Source: Hormoscilla sp.
GTDB taxonomy: Bacteria > Cyanobacteriota > Cyanobacteriia > Cyanobacteriales > Desertifilaceae
Reading direction: 5' to 3'
Length of the DNA: 41,629 bases
NCBI GenBank assembly: GCA_051439505.1
Contig: JBFRWI010000161.1
Coordinates: 1-41,629 of the forward strand
This document shows, piece after piece, positions 37,608 to 41,629 of the stretch. The translations under genes and the position numbers were made by a program. The notes beneath the pieces were generated by a model. The model was not told the DNA's origin and searched no databases. It saw only the letters and a program-made list of their open reading frames with translations. Within the stretch, counting starts at the first letter, position 1. The number at the start of each line of letters is the position of its first letter.

Positions 37608-37995
37608 GGCTCATCTCAATGTTAAATTAAGAAACCAGGTTTTTACCGAAAACATGATTTCTGGGCTATTTCCAACTACTTATCAGTAAACCTACCCTCG
37701 GGGAAACTCATGCACTGACACTGGCAGCTTCCCGCACGGAATACTCCACTGAACGGGGATTTTCCATCTTTTTTGAGGCATCCATGATTTCTAATCCTAC
37801 CACATTCCCCTCCCGATCGTAATCCAGAATTAAACCGGCTTCCACTTCGTCGCTTTCTTGAATTTGAACCTGGTTGAAAAGAATGCGGACAATATCTACT
37901 TCGGGGTCGTAAATTATTTTCACAAACTGGGCTCATCTCAATGTTAAATTAAGAAACCCGGTAGGTCGTAAAAACCGGGTTTCTGGGCTACTTCC
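37605..37995. repeat. About 68-bp direct repeats (37605-37673 and 37927-37995) bracketing the DUF2283 gene
   Basis: Identical 32-mer CTGGGCTCATCTCAATGTTAAATTAAGAAACC, followed by AGAAACC..GGTTTCT-type palindromes and TTTCTGGGCTA. Confidence 0.85.
37708..37923 (-). CDS. DUF2283 family protein (putative antitoxin)
   Basis: MKIIYDPEVD...ESDEVEAGLILDYDREGNVVGLEIMDASK. Confidence 0.9.
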   Translation of the reverse strand: MKIIYDPEVDIVRILFNQVQIQESDEVEAGLILDYDREGNVVGLEIMDASKKMENPRSVEYSVREAASVSA

Positions 37996-38012
37996 GAATT
38001 TCGAGAGACTGG

Positions 38013-38056
38013 AGGCAGAGCCTCAAATGTGCGTTCCCTGGCTCCGCCAGGGAACG
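38013..38056. repeat. REP-like double palindrome
   Basis: GAGGC-aga-GCCTC and CGTTCCCTGGC-tcc-GCCAGGGAACG, just downstream of the large minus-strand gene. Confidence 0.7.
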
Positions 38057-38071
38057 AGGGAAATAAATGTT

Positions 38072-41071
38072 TTACAGCAGGTCGAAGGATTGCAGGTGGT
38101 CTAGAATGGCAGTCTCAGTGGTACGGGTGGCACCTTCTTCTATTGCACGGCTAATCAAAGCATCACCTGTTAATCCGAGAGCATAACGCAGGAATAAAAT
38201 GCCATCACTTAATCCTCCTGCGGTGCCATTACCATCTACATCTAACATGATGTCCCGCGCTTCGTCCAAGTAGGTAACAATTTCCGCAGCATCGCGGGTG
38301 GCACCTTCACCTAAAGCATTATTAGTCAAAGTCTCTCCCCTAAACTCGATGAGATAACGTAGGGCTAAAATGGCGTCGGTTAACCCGTCTACGACTCCAT
38401 TGCCATCAATGTCCAGTGTAAATCTACGGGGGGTTAATGCAATTGAACTGGGGACAAAAGTGCTATTTGCAGGGAGGCTATCTGGGTTGGCACTAAAGTT
38501 GATCCTCGTCCCTTCAAAGCCTGGTAGGGCTGTGAAGTTGGCCCTGTAGAGGGTAGGATTAGAATTGTTGGGCCAATTTCCCCCAGCATCTACCCAAGCT
38601 TGCAGGATGTATTTGTCTGTATTGGGGTCGCGGTCAAAACCCCCATTGGTGACAGGATCGTCCTCTACGACTACACCTGTAGATTGTGCGCCAAAAGAAA
38701 AGCGGTTGGTCAGACCAGTGACCGGATCGAATGCTACTTGAGAACTGTCCCAATGCATGCGAAAGGCTATTCCTGTGATGGGAGTTTCCGTAGGTTCGGT
38801 AGAGTAGTTAACATCAAAGCTGACTGGGTTGTTTCGGACTGCTACTTTAATCGGTTCCGAGGGGGCGACTCTCAGTTGAAGGACATCTTCAGGAGCAGGA
38901 TTTACTGTTATATTTACTGTGGCGGTGTCAGTAGCTCCATTGCCATCAGAGATACTGTAGGTGAAGCTGTCAGGCCCCGTGAAATTTGGGTCTGGGGTGT
39001 AAATTAGATCGCTGCCTTGACGCCTGACATTGCCGTTATTTGGATCGGTAAAGTTGAGCAGTTGGATGGGGTCGCCGTTGGGGTCGTTGTCGTTGGCCAG
39101 AACGGGAATGACTACTTCTGTGTTTAACTCGGTGATAGCGTTGTCGTTAATAGCTACAGGCGGATTATTGGTAGGGTCAGCAGTCGAGGAAAGGTTGAGA
39201 ATGTAGTTAGTATTGAGGGTGTTTTCCTCTGTATAGACGCGAACAAAGTAGGTTCCAGCTTCTAAATCTAAGAAGGTAAAAGCTCGATCACTCGACGTTC
39301 TGTACCTGTCAGTCTCGACCAAAACCTCACCAGAATCTACCTGACCATTGTCATTGAGGTCTGCAAATAGCTGCACCTCAGTATCTGCTACTAAGCCACT
39401 TAACAGTAAGCTGAAATCTGCATCTTGGTTGAGGCTGAAGCGGTAGTAGTCACTGCGGTCTACAGTGCCCACAAATTCACGGAAGGTTTGCCGGCTGCTC
39501 AGAGCACCAATATCCAGAGCAGCGCTGAAGGTGCTACCTGGATCAGTTGGAGTTGTGGGCGGCGTGGCAAGTGCTTCAACATTTAAAATGTAGTTGGTAT
39601 TTAGACTGTTATCCTCTGTGTAGACTCGGAGGAAGTAGTCTGCGGCTCCCAGCGTAACCCCGATGCTTCGATCACTGGAGGATCTATATAAATTAGTCTC
39701 GCGCAAATCCTCGCTAAAATCGATCTCACCATTGCCATCGAGATCGGCAAATAGCTCAACCTCAGCGTCTTGTCTCAAACCACTCAACAACAAACTGAAA
39801 TTACTAGGCTGGTCGATGCTGAAGCTGTAGTAGTCACTGCGGTCAAATGTTCCTAAAAACTCGCGGAAAGTTTTGCGTTCGCTCAGAGTGCCAATATCCA
39901 GAGGTGTGTTGAAGCCGGGATCGAAGGGCGTTGTAGGCGGTGTCGCAGTTGCAGAAACATCTAGGAAGTAATTGGTATTATTAGTTATACTTTCATCTCT
40001 GTAGACCCTGATCGAGTAAGTCGCAGGTCCCAGGGTGACACTAATACCTCTGTCACTAGAGGTTCTGTACAATTCAGTTTCCCGCAAAACCTCGCTAGAA
40101 GTTATCTGAGTGTCGTCGTTGAAGTCAGCTAGCAACTGTACCTCAGCGTCCTGTCTTAAACCTCTCAGCAACAGATTAAAATTACTAGGCTGGTCAATCG
40201 TGAAGCGATAGTAGTCACTACTATCAAAGGTTCCCACAAACTCGCCGTAAGTTTGGCTGCCGCTCAGAGTGCCAATATCCAAAGGACTGTTAAACTCTGG
40301 ATCGAATGGAGTCGTAGGCGGTGTAGCAGTTGCAGAAACATCTAGGGTGTAATTGGTATTAATGCTACGACTCTCTGTATAGACCCGGAGAAAGTAAGTT
40401 TCAGGTCCTAGTGTGATACCGAACGCTCGATCATTAGAGGAATCTCTCAGATCAGTTTCCCGCAAAAACTCGTTGGTAGTTATCTGAGTGTCGTCATTGA
40501 GATCGGCCAATAGCTGCACCTCAACGTCATCTTCCAGGTCACTCAAGCGCAGGTTGAAATTGCTAGGCTGGTCAATCGTGAAGCGGTAGTAGTCGCGGCT
40601 ATCGAAAGTTCCTACAAACTCTTCAAAAGTTTTGCTATCGCTCAGAGTGCCAATATCCAGAGCTGCGTCGAAGAGGTTGCCCGGATCGGAGATCGTCGTA
40701 AACACTATAGCATTTGTTTCAACCTCCAGCGTGTAGTCGGTGCTGTCAGTGTCGTCATCTGTGTAGACATTGATAAAGTAAGTCCCCGCTCCCAAAGGTA
40801 GGAAAATCCTGCGATCGCTGGAATCACTCAAATTAACCCCGCGCAAAACCTCGCCAGAGTCCACCAGACCATCGCCATCAAGGTCAGCAATTAGCTGCAC
40901 CTCAGCTTCATCTCCCAAGTCAGTCAACAGCAGACTAAAATTGCTAGGCTGGTCAAGGGTGAAGCCGTAGTAGTCATTGCGGTCATCAGTCCCCACAAAC
41001 TCGTTGAAGGTTTCAGTGCCGCTGAGGATACCAATATTCTCTGCTGTGTCCAGAGTATTGTTGTTAGGCAT
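38072..41071 (-). CDS. Large acidic surface/secreted protein: 5 PPC-like repeats, Ig/cadherin-like domain, cohesin-like domain, C-terminal dockerin-like pair
   Basis: Five ~128-aa units with FVGTxDxxDYYRF and DLDGDG; NNPPVAINDNA...FTGPDSFTYSISDG; FDVNYST...GIAFRMHWDSSQV; DIDGNGVVDGLTDAILALRY and DVDGNGTAGGLSDGILFLRY. Confidence 0.85.
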   Translation of the reverse strand: MPNNNTLDTAENIGILSGTETFNEFVGTDDRNDYYGFTLDQPSNFSLLLTDLGDEAEVQLIADLDGDGLVDSGEVLRGVNLSDSSDRRIFLPLGAGTYFINVYTDDDTDSTDYTLEVETNAIVFTTISDPGNLFDAALDIGTLSDSKTFEEFVGTFDSRDYYRFTIDQPSNFNLRLSDLEDDVEVQLLADLNDDTQITTNEFLRETDLRDSSNDRAFGITLGPETYFLRVYTESRSINTNYTLDVSATATPPTTPFDPEFNSPLDIGTLSGSQTYGEFVGTFDSSDYYRFTIDQPSNFNLLLRGLRQDAEVQLLADFNDDTQITSSEVLRETELYRTSSDRGISVTLGPATYSIRVYRDESITNNTNYFLDVSATATPPTTPFDPGFNTPLDIGTLSERKTFREFLGTFDRSDYYSFSIDQPSNFSLLLSGLRQDAEVELFADLDGNGEIDFSEDLRETNLYRSSSDRSIGVTLGAADYFLRVYTEDNSLNTNYILNVEALATPPTTPTDPGSTFSAALDIGALSSRQTFREFVGTVDRSDYYRFSLNQDADFSLLLSGLVADTEVQLFADLNDNGQVDSGEVLVETDRYRTSSDRAFTFLDLEAGTYFVRVYTEENTLNTNYILNLSSTADPTNNPPVAINDNAITELNTEVVIPVLANDNDPNGDPIQLLNFTDPNNGNVRRQGSDLIYTPDPNFTGPDSFTYSISDGNGATDTATVNITVNPAPEDVLQLRVAPSEPIKVAVRNNPVSFDVNYSTEPTETPITGIAFRMHWDSSQVAFDPVTGLTNRFSFGAQSTGVVVEDDPVTNGGFDRDPNTDKYILQAWVDAGGNWPNNSNPTLYRANFTALPGFEGTRINFSANPDSLPANSTFVPSSIALTPRRFTLDIDGNGVVDGLTDAILALRYLIEFRGETLTNNALGEGATRDAAEIVTYLDEARDIMLDVDGNGTAGGLSDGILFLRYALGLTGDALISRAIEEGATRTTETAILDHLQSFDLL

Positions 41072-41505
41072 GAATTTAATCTCCTTTGATTAACTCCTAA
41101 ATAGTAGCGGAAAAAAAGCCAGAATACCTCCCGATCGCGTAAACTTTTGCAAAGAAAAATTAATTATCGTTACTCTCGTTCTCATTCTCTGACCCAACTC
41201 TCGTTCTCCTTCTCAGTCTCAGTCCCTAATCTCGGGACCGGTCTCTGGATATGTACCGGTGGTTTCTCTGTTTATGACGGTCGGCAGAGCCAGGGAACTC
41301 CGGACCGGTAGCCCGATCGCCTGATGACCGTCCGCTTCCCCTCGCGCTTGTGCGTCCCCAGGGTTGACAGGCGATCGGGCGTTGGTAGGGCGATCGCATG
41401 TGGGGCCGCGCCTTGCGATCGGGGAAAGAGTTGGATGTAGTACAATCAAAGGAAAGTGACAAGCCTAGTCAAGGGGGGTAGGGATCGCCAGTTCTCGAAC
41501 TGAAA

Positions 41506-41629
41506 ATGCCCCATATGATATTTGATATGCCCCATATGATATTTGATATGCCCCATATGATATTTGATATGCCCCATATGATATTTGATATGCCCCATAT
41601 GATATTTGATATGCCCCATATGATATTTG
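41506..41629. repeat. Perfect 21-bp tandem repeat ATGCCCCATATGATATTTGAT, 5 full copies plus a partial sixth running off the window
   Basis: Directly visible; no spacers. Confidence 0.95.

Noticed and set aside
1036..39007. Numerous short antisense or overlapping ORFs in the ORF track (e.g. 1036-1419, 24468-24959, 34596-35177, 36056-36580, 38600-39007)
   Set aside because: They are shadows of well-supported genes and have no motifs of their own
41219..41462. Small ORFs or a c-di-GMP riboswitch (GGGACGCAC-like) upstream of the PPC protein
   Set aside because: The ORFs have no recognisable features, and the GNRA-capped stem and other riboswitch elements are missing
41506..41629. CRISPR array
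   Set aside because: Repeats are contiguous with no spacers, and no cas genes are in the window

Overview
Cyanobacterial chromosomal DNA, judged from abundant HIP1 GCGATCGC octamers, 7-bp STRR tandems and cyanobacterial REP-like palindromes. The left end holds the 3' part of an apparently orphan HEARO/omega-RNA-like element, then housekeeping genes (secD, secF, a small membrane protein, ilvE, a histidine kinase, an AI-2E transporter). The centre (about 9.3-35.6 kb) is a large Pfa-like iterative type I PKS/secondary lipid synthase cluster. It encodes ER-KS-AT-ACP-ACP, KR-DH, KS-AT and a free ACP, plus two alkaline-phosphatase-superfamily enzymes, a sulfotransferase, hydrolases, a beta-propeller-like protein, a TPR protein and a PqqD-like/M50-like/HlyD fusion. 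The most striking observation is at the junction of the ER-KS-AT-ACP2 ORF and the KR-DH ORF. It has the hallmarks of a programmed -1 ribosomal frameshift: an in-frame G_GGA_AAG slippery heptamer, an internal Shine-Dalgarno exactly 10 nt upstream, a small hairpin 7 nt downstream and an open -1 frame without a good start. This predicts a 2067-aa short and a 2906-aa full-length synthase. The PKS genes also carry several families of REP-like palindromes translated in frame. The right end has a Uma2 nuclease, toxin-antitoxin genes and remnants, a PPC-repeat/cohesin-like/dockerin-like surface protein and a perfect 21-bp tandem repeat. All calls come from motif reading only; no database searches were run.
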